A stretch of 64,000 bases of DNA, taken from contig CAYFOE010000001.1 of the NCBI GenBank assembly GCA_964344635.1, forward strand, positions 4,101 through 68,100. Reading direction: 5' to 3'. Source of the DNA: Candidatus Woesearchaeota archaeon. Lineage in GTDB: Archaea > Nanobdellota > Nanobdellia > SCGC-AAA011-G17 > UBA489. Both the position numbers and the translations under genes were made by a program. This document shows, in pieces, positions 54,228-63,953 of the stretch. The notes below the pieces were generated by a model. That model was given only the letters and a program-made list of their open reading frames with translations. It had not been told where the DNA came from and did no database searches. The first letter of the stretch is position 1. Each line of letters opens with the position of its first letter.

Positions 54228-54914
54228 ATGGCAGGTGATAGAGTTAGCACAGGGATTTCTAACCTTGATAAGTTACTTAATGGTGGATTTAAACAAGAAT
54301 CGGTTAACCTAGTTGGAGGAGGTTCAGGTTCTGGTAAAAGCGTTTTTGCAATGCAATTCCTAGTTGAAGGTCTGAAAAGAGGAGAACCCTGCATATACAT
54401 TTGTTTTGATGAAAAGAAGAAAAAAATATTAGAAGATTTTTCAGAATTCGGTTGGGGTTTAGAAAACTATGAACGTAGCGGACTTTTAAAATTCTTAGAA
54501 AACTCTCCCGAGCAGATTAGAAGAGTTGTAGCAGACGGCGGAGGAAGTTTAGACGTAATCGCAACACAAATGAGAGTTAAGAGAATTGTTATTGACTCAA
54601 TTAGTTCATTTTCATTATTGTTTTCCAGCGAGATAAGTAAAAGAGAAGCAGGACTTGCACTCATCGAATTGATGAGTAGGTGGGAGTGTACCTCTCTGTT
54701 GATTAGTAATGCTCATGACTACAAGGGCCTAAAAAAAGATCTTGATTTTGAAGCAGATAGCGTCATATTACTTACACAACAGAAAATAAAAGGTGTTAGA
54801 CAAAGAGCATTAGAAGTTGTTAAGATGAGAGGAACAAAAATTCCTGATAAAACAATGAAAATGGACCTAACCAATAAAGGAATCAGTATAGATCCTGCAA
54901 AAACTATTGCCTAA
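54228..54914 (+). CDS. KaiC/RecA-superfamily ATPase (FlaH-like)
   Basis: LDKLLNGGFKQESVNLVGGGSGSGKSVFAMQFLVEG Walker A in the KaiC-like context; 228 aa single domain. Confidence 0.7.
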   Translation: MAGDRVSTGISNLDKLLNGGFKQESVNLVGGGSGSGKSVFAMQFLVEGLKRGEPCIYICFDEKKKKILEDFSEFGWGLENYERSGLLKFLENSPEQIRRVVADGGGSLDVIATQMRVKRIVIDSISSFSLLFSSEISKREAGLALIELMSRWECTSLLISNAHDYKGLKKDLDFEADSVILLTQQKIKGVRQRALEVVKMRGTKIPDKTMKMDLTNKGISIDPAKTIA

Positions 54915-55377
54915 TTACTAACTCATGTGTATCTTCCCTTGAAAGAAATTCTTCTTCCTTTATGTCATCAATTATGTAATAAACATGCTTTTCTAGAATC
55001 TTAAATTTCTCCTCTAATGAAGTTATGAAATCTTCTAGGTCTTTCATGTTTCTAAATATTGCTTCAAATAAGAAATCATATCCATTGTTTATCCTTTGCA
55101 ATGAATTTACATTCCTATGTACTCTTAGTAGATTTTTGATGCTAGCCCTGTCTTCTCTATCGACTTTCAATATCACCTTGGCTTTGCTGTTGAAACCTAA
55201 TAAAGAGAAATCAAGAAGAATTGTATTCTTTTTGATTAGGCCATCTTTGTGGTATTTCAGCCTGTCAAATATTGTTGAGACAGGAATTCCTGTCTTCCTA
55301 GAGAGCTTAGTTAGCATCTCTCTTGAGTCTTTTCTCAATCTTGAGAAAATTTGTAAGTCTTTTTTTGTGACTTTCAA
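54904..55377 (-). CDS. lrp: Lrp/AsnC-family transcriptional regulator
   Basis: N-terminal HTH (LDDLDLKILELLQKDG-type: DSREMLTKLSRKTGIPVSTIFDRLKY) + RAM-like C-terminal domain. Confidence 0.75.
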   Translation of the reverse strand: MKVTKKDLQIFSRLRKDSREMLTKLSRKTGIPVSTIFDRLKYHKDGLIKKNTILLDFSLLGFNSKAKVILKVDREDRASIKNLLRVHRNVNSLQRINNGYDFLFEAIFRNMKDLEDFITSLEEKFKILEKHVYYIIDDIKEEEFLSREDTHELVIRQ

Positions 55378-55396
55378 ATCGAATCACCTCCATAAA

Positions 55397-55416
55397 ATCT
55401 GATTAATTTTCAGATT
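55397..55416. promoter_or_regulatory. palindrome AATCTGA-n6-TCAGATT in the lrp / AbrB-PhoU divergent promoter region
   Basis: Inverted repeat 20 bp upstream of the lrp start, followed by AT-rich TTATAAT-type low-complexity repeats (55443-55500). Confidence 0.35.
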
Positions 55417-55525
55417 ATTTGGAATAAATCCGGAAAAGAATAAAAAAATGATTATTAAATTATAATAATTATTATAATATTATAATATTCGTAAAATATA
55501 TAAATATCTAGTATTTTAGAAAACT

Positions 55526-56428
55526 GTGAAAAGAAAAGTTTCCCTAATAGGGCCTGCCACACTGATGGTCAGTCTACCCAGCAAGTGGGCCAAAGAATTC
55601 GGAGTAAAGAAAGGTGACGAACTAGAGTTAACACCTCAAGGCAGAAATTTATTAATTGAAACAAAGAGTTTGAAAAAGAGCGATATGCTTAAGATTAGTC
55701 TGAATGGTTTGAATGCAAACCTCATTAGATACACAATTTATTCCTCTTACAGGAAAGGTTATGACGAAATTAGATTAGACTTTGATGAAGAATATGTATT
55801 TGATGAAAACTCAAAGAAAAAAGTATTAGTATTAGATGTAATTAATTCCGTAGTAGACAACATTATCGGGATGGAAATAGTTCTTCAAAAACAAAATTAC
55901 GTCTTACTAAAAGAAATTTCTACCGTGAACCATGAAGAATTTTTAAATACGCTAAAAAGAATATTCATCACACTATTCAATACCTCCAGCGACATGAAAG
56001 ACTGCATTGAAACCAAAAACAAAGAAGTCCTAGAAAGAATAAAAAAACTATCCGACAAAAAAATTAACAGGTTATGCAACTTTTGTTCAAGAATAATTAA
56101 TAAAGGAGGAATTGTAGAAATAGATAAAGTTCCACACTACTATTCAATAATCTCCTCATTAGAAGAAATTGGTGATTCAGTGGAAGAAATATGTGAAATC
56201 GGGCTGAAAGACATGCATATCGAAGAAGAGGTAAATCGCCTTTACGGACTACTAGAGTTGCTTTACCTACTTTTTAGTGATTTTAACAATGAAAAACTGA
56301 GCAAGTTCTATGAACTAAAAAACAAACTCAAAAAAAAGAAATGTGAAGGGAGGTTGAAAGTAGAAATGTCCAAGATAGCAGCTAGTTGCTCAAAGATAAT
56401 TCCCGAAATAATTTCACTAAAAATATGA
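55526..56428 (+). CDS. AbrB/SpoVT-type DNA-binding domain protein with C-terminal helical (PhoU-like) domain
   Basis: N-terminus VSLIGPATLMVSLPSKWAKEFGVKKGDELEL is a swapped-hairpin AbrB/MazE-like motif; long helical C-terminal region. Confidence 0.55.
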   Translation: MKRKVSLIGPATLMVSLPSKWAKEFGVKKGDELELTPQGRNLLIETKSLKKSDMLKISLNGLNANLIRYTIYSSYRKGYDEIRLDFDEEYVFDENSKKKVLVLDVINSVVDNIIGMEIVLQKQNYVLLKEISTVNHEEFLNTLKRIFITLFNTSSDMKDCIETKNKEVLERIKKLSDKKINRLCNFCSRIINKGGIVEIDKVPHYYSIISSLEEIGDSVEEICEIGLKDMHIEEEVNRLYGLLELLYLLFSDFNNEKLSKFYELKNKLKKKKCEGRLKVEMSKIAASCSKIIPEIISLKI

Positions 56429-57804
56429 CTAAATCATTTTTGAATTCACTAAGAAATTTTGCAATAGGAATCGTACTATTTTCAATAATACTAGTATTAC
56501 TAAGCCTAGCAAGTGTTATTTCTAATCTAGGAAATGAAGTTACAGGAGAAGTTATTCTAATTGAAGGACCCGAAACTGAAAAAAACATCACAATAGAAGA
56601 TGCAGAAATAAAAAGCCAGATTAATGAAAATGTTCGTTGTTGGATGGAAGGAGGATTAAAAGAAGAAGATGTTGTAGTCATTGGAAATATTCTGAAAGAT
56701 GTAGACTGTCCTTCAGGAGATAAGAAAAATATTACCGCCACCATCGAAGGAGATTGCATCATACTAGACATTGGAGACGAAGCAGTTACAAAATTATGCC
56801 CTGAAGGGTTAAAGCCAGTAATCGGCATTGAACTGGTCAAGGGCGATGATGGACAAGAAAAAACAATTGAAGGCGTTCCAACTAAAAATTATTATTGGTA
56901 CGTCCTATTCTTCATTGCATTAGTCTCACTTGTTCTCTTCTGGAGAGAATACGAGATGAACATTAAGACAGATTTAGAAATAAAAGCCGAAAGGGCTTAT
57001 TTAGAAAGAAAAAAAGCAAGAGAAAGAGCAAGAAAAAAAGCCATACAAGAAGGTAGGTTAAAACCAACTAAAAAGAAAGACAAAGATACAGTAGTCTATC
57101 TGCCCCCCGCCCCAGTATTTGATGAAAAGAAAGCTGCTAAAGAGAAAAAAGAGAAAAAAGCCTTGCTGAAAAAAGTGAAAGAAAGTAAAGAAAAAAGCGA
57201 ACAAAGCAAAGTATTAGAAAGGAACCACCTGATTGCAGAATTCAACTCCCAATCCGAGAAAATAAACCAATTAATCATTTCAGGAAATTTAGTTGAAAGT
57301 AGAAAGAGATACCTGGGATTGTTTGAAACCTATTCAAAACTTTCAGCATTGCTCGATGAAAAAAATAAAGAAAACCTAGACAAGATCATGCAATACCTAT
57401 GCCACTATCTTGGAGCCTTAGAAAAAATAAAAGGAACCTCTAGGAAGAGCATTTCACAAAAAATATTGAAAGATAAAACAGTGATAAAACCCGAACCAAA
57501 ACTTATGGAAATGGAAGAGTTGAAAAAAATGAAAGGGTTAATTAAAGAAAAGAAATATTTGGAAGCAAAAAACATGTTTTACGGTGGAAAGATCGATGAA
57601 CTAAGTATGAGCGATGCATTTGAAAATGTTAGAAGCAAAAAAGAAAAAGATGAATTAGACGAAATAGAAGTAAGACATAGCGATCTTATGAAGAAAGGAG
57701 TAGTTAATGTTTCAGAAGACGATTTCTATAACTTTATGATGCATATGACATCCCTAAGAAAGGAATTAAAGAAAAGGAGGAGTAAGCCTAAAAAGAAAAG
57801 TTAA
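56425..57804 (+). CDS. membrane-anchored Lys/Glu-rich coiled-coil protein, hypothetical
   Basis: Start at Met14 (ATGA overlap with upstream stop); N-terminal TM IGIVLFSIILVLLSLASVI, second TM YYWYVLFFIALVSLVLF, then about 280 aa K/E-rich predicted coiled coil. Confidence 0.5.
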   Translation: MTKSFLNSLRNFAIGIVLFSIILVLLSLASVISNLGNEVTGEVILIEGPETEKNITIEDAEIKSQINENVRCWMEGGLKEEDVVVIGNILKDVDCPSGDKKNITATIEGDCIILDIGDEAVTKLCPEGLKPVIGIELVKGDDGQEKTIEGVPTKNYYWYVLFFIALVSLVLFWREYEMNIKTDLEIKAERAYLERKKARERARKKAIQEGRLKPTKKKDKDTVVYLPPAPVFDEKKAAKEKKEKKALLKKVKESKEKSEQSKVLERNHLIAEFNSQSEKINQLIISGNLVESRKRYLGLFETYSKLSALLDEKNKENLDKIMQYLCHYLGALEKIKGTSRKSISQKILKDKTVIKPEPKLMEMEELKKMKGLIKEKKYLEAKNMFYGGKIDELSMSDAFENVRSKKEKDELDEIEVRHSDLMKKGVVNVSEDDFYNFMMHMTSLRKELKKRRSKPKKKS

Positions 57805-57836
57805 TAAAGGTTCTTGCAAATGAAGGTATTGTAAAA

Positions 57837-58523
57837 ATGGGGTTGTTTAAGAAAGATAAAAAGAGGGATGTTTCTAAGCTTCCAGAGCTTCCAAAGTTTG
57901 AAGATGATTTTGGCGGCAATGATTTAGCTTCTAAACCTCAAGAAGGAAAAGTTCCAAGTTATGAATCTGCATTTAATGAAGCCCCAAAACTAGAAACAGG
58001 TCCAATCGTTGGAGACGGTCCCAAAATTGCAACATCGCAAAAAGAAGACTATAACATTCCAGTAAGAGAACCAGATTTTAGTAAACCTAAACAAGACTAC
58101 ACTGAAAGAACTAATTCTGATGATCTTGATGACCTACTACCTAAGCCCCAAGCTAGAGACTTAGGAACTCCATTCAGGAATGAAGAGCATGTTATGCCAC
58201 CCTCAGACGTAAAACCCACCTTTGAAAAGAGGGAAGAACCAAAAAAAATTGAAACTCCAATTCCAACAGTTAAAGACTTGAGAAAAGATTTCAAGATGCC
58301 CAAAGTTACCAATAGGCCCGTTTTTGTTCAAATTGATGATTATAAAGATGCAATGAATAGTATCGAATTATTGAAACAAAAAGTTAGAGAAGTCGAATAT
58401 ACCTTAGATAGGTTGAATGAAATAAAATCTCAAGAACAATTAGAGATTAGCAATTGTGAAACTTCCCTCAACAAAATAAAAGAGAAACTAGTTGGCATAG
58501 ACAAGAAGTTATTTGAAATATAA
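57837..58523 (+). CDS. hypothetical acidic/Pro-rich protein with C-terminal coiled coil (228 aa)
   Basis: ORF; 11-nt overlap with the next gene. Confidence 0.4.
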   Translation: MGLFKKDKKRDVSKLPELPKFEDDFGGNDLASKPQEGKVPSYESAFNEAPKLETGPIVGDGPKIATSQKEDYNIPVREPDFSKPKQDYTERTNSDDLDDLLPKPQARDLGTPFRNEEHVMPPSDVKPTFEKREEPKKIETPIPTVKDLRKDFKMPKVTNRPVFVQIDDYKDAMNSIELLKQKVREVEYTLDRLNEIKSQEQLEISNCETSLNKIKEKLVGIDKKLFEI

Positions 58524-58974
58524 GATGTCAGTTCATGCAAGAATATCGGACCCATTAGAGTTGAGAAGCGATGTACTCGAGTGTGCAGTTATTTCTACAG
58601 ACGCAATTAGATCCAGTGAGAACCTTAAAGAATTAAGCCGTGAAAAGAAAAAGTTGAAAACCCAGATTAAGAGATCATTAGTTGACTTGAAGAAAAGAGT
58701 TAAACTCTTAGAAAAAAGCTTACCCAAAGTTCCTAGGGATGAAAAAGTCCATGCAAAAAGAGAAGAGATGAGAGCCCTTATGGCTGCCGAGAGAACAGAA
58801 GACCTTGGCGGAGAAATAAAAGAAGTCGCCCAAGTTAAAGAAGAACTAGATAGGATCAAAGGAAAACACCCAAAGATATTAAGAAAAAAAGCCGTAGCCC
58901 TTGAAGAAAGAGAAAGACTTAGAAGGGAATTAGAAGGCATAAGGAAGAGGATTTCCGGCCTTAGCTCTAATTGA
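58513..58974 (+). CDS. hypothetical coiled-coil protein (153 aa)
   Basis: K/E/R-rich heptad-like sequence. Confidence 0.4.
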   Translation: MKYKMSVHARISDPLELRSDVLECAVISTDAIRSSENLKELSREKKKLKTQIKRSLVDLKKRVKLLEKSLPKVPRDEKVHAKREEMRALMAAERTEDLGGEIKEVAQVKEELDRIKGKHPKILRKKAVALEERERLRRELEGIRKRISGLSSN

Positions 58975-59016
58975 GAGAATAAATAAATTTAAATAAGTAA
59001 TTACAAGATTCAGTAT

Positions 59017-61533
59017 ATGCTATCCGACAAGGAACTAAAAAAGAAATATCTACCAATATTTTCTGCAAATCCCGAAAAATACTATCCAGTCAACGTTCTA
59101 AAAGAAGAAGGTTTTTCAAGAAGCCATTGCAGTAAATGCGATAAGTTTTTTTGGAGTACCGATCCCGGAAGAAATTTCTGCGGAGATCCTGCATGTTCAG
59201 AAAATGAATCATTTGGCTTCATAAGTAAAAGCCCTGCGAAAAATAATTTAGAGTACAAAGAAGTTTGGCATAAATTTTCCAAGATGTTTAGAGAGGAAGG
59301 ATATACACCTATCAAAAGGTACCCAATTGTTGCAAGATGGAACCCCACCATGGATTTCACCAACGCATCCATTGCAGCATTCCAACCCTACGTTGTGAGC
59401 GGCGAAGCCACGCCCCCAGCAAACCCACTAGTTATCCCTCAATTCTGTTTTAGAACCGTAGATATAGATAACGTAGGGATAAGTGGCGCACACAATACCG
59501 TTTTCAACATGATTGGACAACACCAATTTGTTGAAAAATTCAAATGGAATCAAGAAAAAGTCTTTAGAGACATCCACAAATGGTTGAAGTTCGGCCTAGG
59601 TTTGAAAAATGAAGACCTTACCTTCCACGAAGATTCATGGGCAGGTGGAGGAAACCTAGGATGTTGTATGGAGTTCTTTTCAAGAGGTTGTGAACTAGGC
59701 AACCAAGTCTACATGTTGTATGAACAAACAGACAAAGGTGTTAAAGACCTTAAACTAAACGTTTTAGACATGGGAATGGGCATGGAAAGAAATGCATGGT
59801 TCTCCCAAGGAACAAACACAATCTACGACGCAACATTCCCACAAGTCCTAAAAAAAATCACTAACAAAACACAAGTCACCCCAGACAGAGAATTATTGAA
59901 AAAATATGTCCCTTATGCAGGAATGTTAAACATTGATGAAGTTGACGATATCAAGAAAGCATGGAGCGATGTTGCTGAAAAAGTAGGCGTCGATGTCAAA
60001 GAATTAAGAAGCCAAGTTATGCCCTTAGCAGGAGTCTATTCCGTTGCAGAACACGCAAGATCACTACTAATATTATTGAGTGACGGAGCCATCCCCAGCA
60101 ATTCAGGACAAGCCTACAACATAAGAGTCATGTTGAGACGAGCCCTAGGCTTCATAGACCAATACGGGTGGGATCTAAACCTACCAGAGGTATGTGAATG
60201 GCATGCAAAAGACCTGAAACCAATATTCCCCGAACTAAGCGAAAACCTAGAAGACGTCAACAAAATATTAAAGGTGGAAATAGACAAACACCATGCTACA
60301 AGAAAAAAATCAAAAGACCTGGTCAAGAAACTTGTCCAAAGAGAAGTTACAACCAAAGACTTGATTAAATCCTACAACGAAGAAGGAATTTCTCCCGAAA
60401 TGATCAAAATCGAAGCCGAAAAAATTGGGAAAAACATTGAAATCCCAGATAACTTCTATTCATTAGTTGCAGAAGTTAATGAAGAAAAAACAAAGAAAAA
60501 AGTTGCAAAAAAAGACTTAGGTCTTGACCTGAAAGACGTTGAACCCACAAAAGTAAGATACTACTATGACTACTCTGTGAATGAATTTGAAACAGAAATA
60601 GCCTACGTTAAAGATAATTATGTTATCCTCAAAGAAACTTATTTCTACCCAACAAGCGGAGGACAAATACATGATATTGGCAACCTCGGAGACGAAGAAG
60701 TTGTAGACGTGATCAAAGAAGGAAACTATGTAATCCATATAATGAAAGAAAAATCTAAATTAAAAGTTGGAAATAATGCTAAATGTTTTATTAATCTAGA
60801 CAGAAGATTACAGTTAGCTCAGCACCACACCAGCGCCCACATCCTGAACGCAGCAGCCAGAAGAATTTTAGGAAACCACATAAACCAAGCAGGAGCACAT
60901 AAACAGTTAGATAGAGCTAGACTAGACATTACTCACTATTCAGCCTTAAATGAAAAAGAAATTGCCAACATTGAAGCAGAAGCAAACAAGATAATCGATG
61001 AAGGAATTAACATTAATTTAAGTTTTGTAGAAAGAGGAGAAGCTGAAAACAAATACGGAGTAGGAATTTACCAAGGAGGAGTTGTTCCGGGAAAACTATT
61101 AAGGATAGTTGAAATCCCAGAAGTAGACGTTGAAGCATGCGGTGGAACCCACCTGAACAACACAAAAGAAGCAATCAAGATTAAAATACTAAAGACAAGC
61201 AAGATCAGCGATGGCATCGTTAGAATAGAATATGCTGCAGGCAATGCTGCAGAAAAAGAAGAAAGCAAAGAAGACAGTATTCTTAAAGAAGCTTCAGAAA
61301 TCCTAGGAGTTGGAAAAAAAGGAGTTGCAATCAGAGCCTCAGAAGTATTCAAACTATGGAAAGACGTTGTTAAGAAAAAGAAAGATGTAAGCCCAAACTA
61401 TTCAAACGATGAAGAAGAGCTAAGCGATAAAGAAATATTAGAAAAAGCAGCCCACACATTGAAAACACAAATAGAACACGTCCCTAAAACACTAAATAGA
61501 TTCTTGAAAGAATTAAAAGATCACTCCAAGTAA
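59017..61533 (+). CDS. alaS: alanyl-tRNA synthetase (archaeal type)
   Basis: Class II catalytic domain, editing domain HxxxH motif (HHTSAHILNAAARRILGNH) and C-Ala domain; 838 aa. Confidence 0.9.
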   Translation: MLSDKELKKKYLPIFSANPEKYYPVNVLKEEGFSRSHCSKCDKFFWSTDPGRNFCGDPACSENESFGFISKSPAKNNLEYKEVWHKFSKMFREEGYTPIKRYPIVARWNPTMDFTNASIAAFQPYVVSGEATPPANPLVIPQFCFRTVDIDNVGISGAHNTVFNMIGQHQFVEKFKWNQEKVFRDIHKWLKFGLGLKNEDLTFHEDSWAGGGNLGCCMEFFSRGCELGNQVYMLYEQTDKGVKDLKLNVLDMGMGMERNAWFSQGTNTIYDATFPQVLKKITNKTQVTPDRELLKKYVPYAGMLNIDEVDDIKKAWSDVAEKVGVDVKELRSQVMPLAGVYSVAEHARSLLILLSDGAIPSNSGQAYNIRVMLRRALGFIDQYGWDLNLPEVCEWHAKDLKPIFPELSENLEDVNKILKVEIDKHHATRKKSKDLVKKLVQREVTTKDLIKSYNEEGISPEMIKIEAEKIGKNIEIPDNFYSLVAEVNEEKTKKKVAKKDLGLDLKDVEPTKVRYYYDYSVNEFETEIAYVKDNYVILKETYFYPTSGGQIHDIGNLGDEEVVDVIKEGNYVIHIMKEKSKLKVGNNAKCFINLDRRLQLAQHHTSAHILNAAARRILGNHINQAGAHKQLDRARLDITHYSALNEKEIANIEAEANKIIDEGININLSFVERGEAENKYGVGIYQGGVVPGKLLRIVEIPEVDVEACGGTHLNNTKEAIKIKILKTSKISDGIVRIEYAAGNAAEKEESKEDSILKEASEILGVGKKGVAIRASEVFKLWKDVVKKKKDVSPNYSNDEEELSDKEILEKAAHTLKTQIEHVPKTLNRFLKELKDHSK

Positions 61534-63953
61534 ATTGCAGGTTTACCTGGCTTTGCTTTTTTAGACTTATTCTCAGGATCATACTTTTCCTTATCGTTAA
61601 CCTTGTAAAGAATTACCTCTTTTTCTACACGTTGCTTTATTGAACCAACATTATAGAAAACTTCATCATTAGGAAGCACATACAAATATACCTTCCTTAC
61701 ATCCTTATCTATTAATTTCAAAATATTCAAGACATCTGAGACTGCCTTATCAGTAAACTCTTCCTCTTTATCGAACCGTTCATTAATTTTTGATTCATCA
61801 GATACCGGCCACCCTGCAACCGAAACAAAATCTTTGTTTCCCAAGTTAAACCACAACTCTTCTGCAAGATGCGGGCAGAATGGAGAGACTAGTTTTACAA
61901 AAGATTCTGCATTTTCTTTAGATATTGAAGAGTCTAAGCCATCTAGTAGACTCCTCAATTTCATTGAAGCATTATGGTACTTGAAATTTTCAATATCCTC
62001 AGAAATTAACTTCACACCCTTATTGATTACATGTTCTGTTTTTTCTGAAGATTCTCCAATCTTAGCATTTTCAAAATAGTCTATAATCTTCTTTGTAAAC
62101 CTGTGACTGCCCTCAATGCCCTTATCGCTCCAATTCCTATCCTTATCAGGTGATGCTAGAGATACCAAAAAGAACCTTAATGCGTCTGCTGAATACTTAT
62201 CAGAAATGTCTCTCGGATCAATAACATTGCCCTTAGATTTAGACATTTTCTCACCATCCTCACCCTGAACCATACCCTGATTGAACAGCCTTTGGAAAGG
62301 CTCATCAATTGACAAATAACCCATGTCCCTCAATGCCTTTGTAAAAAATCTAGCATATATCAAGTGCATACAAGCATGTTCAGCACCGCCAATATAATGA
62401 TCGACAGGCATCCAGTGTTTTATTTTTTCAGGATCAAACATTGCCTTTTCGTTTTTAGGATCACAAAATCTTAAAAAATACCAGGAACTATCAAAGAAAG
62501 TGTCCATCGTATCAGTCTCTCTCTTTGCATCAGAATTACATTTTGGACATTTAACATTAACAAATTCTTCATTAGACAATAAAGGATTTCCATCTCCAAA
62601 TTTAACTTCATGAGGAATTTCTACAGGAAGATCCTTCTCAGGAACAGGAACCAATCCACAACCCTTACAATGAATCACAGGAATTGGAGTTCCCCAATAT
62701 CTTTGCCTAGACACTAACCAATCTCTAAATTTGTATTGCGTTGTTTTTTTACCCAAATTATTGTTTTGTAAGTATTCTGTAATCACATCCTTAGCCTCTT
62801 CACTCTTTAAATCATTGAACCTATCAGAGTCCATTATTTTACCATGGCCAGTGAATGCCCTATCCGAAGGTTCTTCCTTTCCTGAAGAAATCACTTGCTT
62901 AATATTTATCTGGTACTTTTTTGCGAACTCAAAATCCCTTTGATCATGCGCAGGAACAGCCATAACCATCCCAGTCCCATAATCAGGAAGTACAAAATTC
63001 CCCGCATATACTGGAAGCTTTTCCTCAGTTAGAGGGTGAATCGCATAAGATCCAGTGAAAACTCCCTCTTTCTCCAGAGTTTCCATTTCCTTTTCACTTA
63101 CAGATTTTATCTTCTTCTGAAATTCATCAACTTCGCCTCTTTGCTCTTCCGTAACCAACGAATCTAAATCCATATGTTGTGCAGAAACCACCATGAAAGT
63201 TACCCCATAAAGTGTGTCAGGCCTTGTTGTGAATATCGGCCAAGTCTTACCATTTATTTTAAAATTAATTTGGGAACCATAACTTTTCCCTATCCAATGC
63301 TTTTGCATGCTCTTAATTCTATCCGGCCAATCCAAATCATCAATCTTATCCAATAATTCATCAGAATATTCCGTCGTTTTGATAAACCACTGCTCCAAAG
63401 GTTTAATCTCAACATCAGTTTCATCATGCCTCCAACATTTACCCCCATGAACTTGTTCATTAGCTAAAACAGTATTACACTCCGGACACCAATTAACTTG
63501 AGCTTTTTTTCTGTAAACCAAACCCTTTTCTAAAAATTTCAAGAATATGAACTGATTCCACTTGTAATACGTAGGATCACAAGTTTTTATCATTCTACTC
63601 CAATCATAACTCAAACCTAACTCCTTTTGTTGACTTGTGAAATTTTTTGTAGACTTCTCAGTATATTCCTTCGGATGATCATTTGCTTTGATTGCAGCAT
63701 TCTCTGCAGGCAAACCCAACGCATCATAGCCCATCGGATAGAGAACATTATATCCTTGCATTCTCTTGAACCTAGCAAAGATATCTCCGATTGTATAATT
63801 AAACGTATGACCAATATGGATTCCAGATCCTGAAGGATAAGGAAACATTTCCAAGACGTAGCATTTCTTTTTTGAAGAATCCTCCTTAGTCTCAAAAATC
63901 TTAGACTCTTCCCATGCATCCTGCCACTTCTTAGATATCTTGTTCAAATCCAT
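61521..63953 (-). CDS. leuS: leucyl-tRNA synthetase, bacterial-type
   Basis: EMFPYPSGSGIHIGHTFNYTIGDIFARFKRMQGYNVLYPMGYDALGLPAENAAIK (HIGH region, bacterial-type PxGxDAFGLPAENAA), KMSKS as EKMSKSKGNVIDP; 810 aa. Confidence 0.85.
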   Translation of the reverse strand: MDLNKISKKWQDAWEESKIFETKEDSSKKKCYVLEMFPYPSGSGIHIGHTFNYTIGDIFARFKRMQGYNVLYPMGYDALGLPAENAAIKANDHPKEYTEKSTKNFTSQQKELGLSYDWSRMIKTCDPTYYKWNQFIFLKFLEKGLVYRKKAQVNWCPECNTVLANEQVHGGKCWRHDETDVEIKPLEQWFIKTTEYSDELLDKIDDLDWPDRIKSMQKHWIGKSYGSQINFKINGKTWPIFTTRPDTLYGVTFMVVSAQHMDLDSLVTEEQRGEVDEFQKKIKSVSEKEMETLEKEGVFTGSYAIHPLTEEKLPVYAGNFVLPDYGTGMVMAVPAHDQRDFEFAKKYQINIKQVISSGKEEPSDRAFTGHGKIMDSDRFNDLKSEEAKDVITEYLQNNNLGKKTTQYKFRDWLVSRQRYWGTPIPVIHCKGCGLVPVPEKDLPVEIPHEVKFGDGNPLLSNEEFVNVKCPKCNSDAKRETDTMDTFFDSSWYFLRFCDPKNEKAMFDPEKIKHWMPVDHYIGGAEHACMHLIYARFFTKALRDMGYLSIDEPFQRLFNQGMVQGEDGEKMSKSKGNVIDPRDISDKYSADALRFFLVSLASPDKDRNWSDKGIEGSHRFTKKIIDYFENAKIGESSEKTEHVINKGVKLISEDIENFKYHNASMKLRSLLDGLDSSISKENAESFVKLVSPFCPHLAEELWFNLGNKDFVSVAGWPVSDESKINERFDKEEEFTDKAVSDVLNILKLIDKDVRKVYLYVLPNDEVFYNVGSIKQRVEKEVILYKVNDKEKYDPENKSKKAKPGKPAIYLE

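Noticed and set aside
56382-56840. 152-aa minus-strand ORF
   Set aside because: Antisense to the junction of two coupled plus-strand genes; Ser/Pro/Thr-rich composition typical of an antisense artefact of K/E-rich coding sequence.
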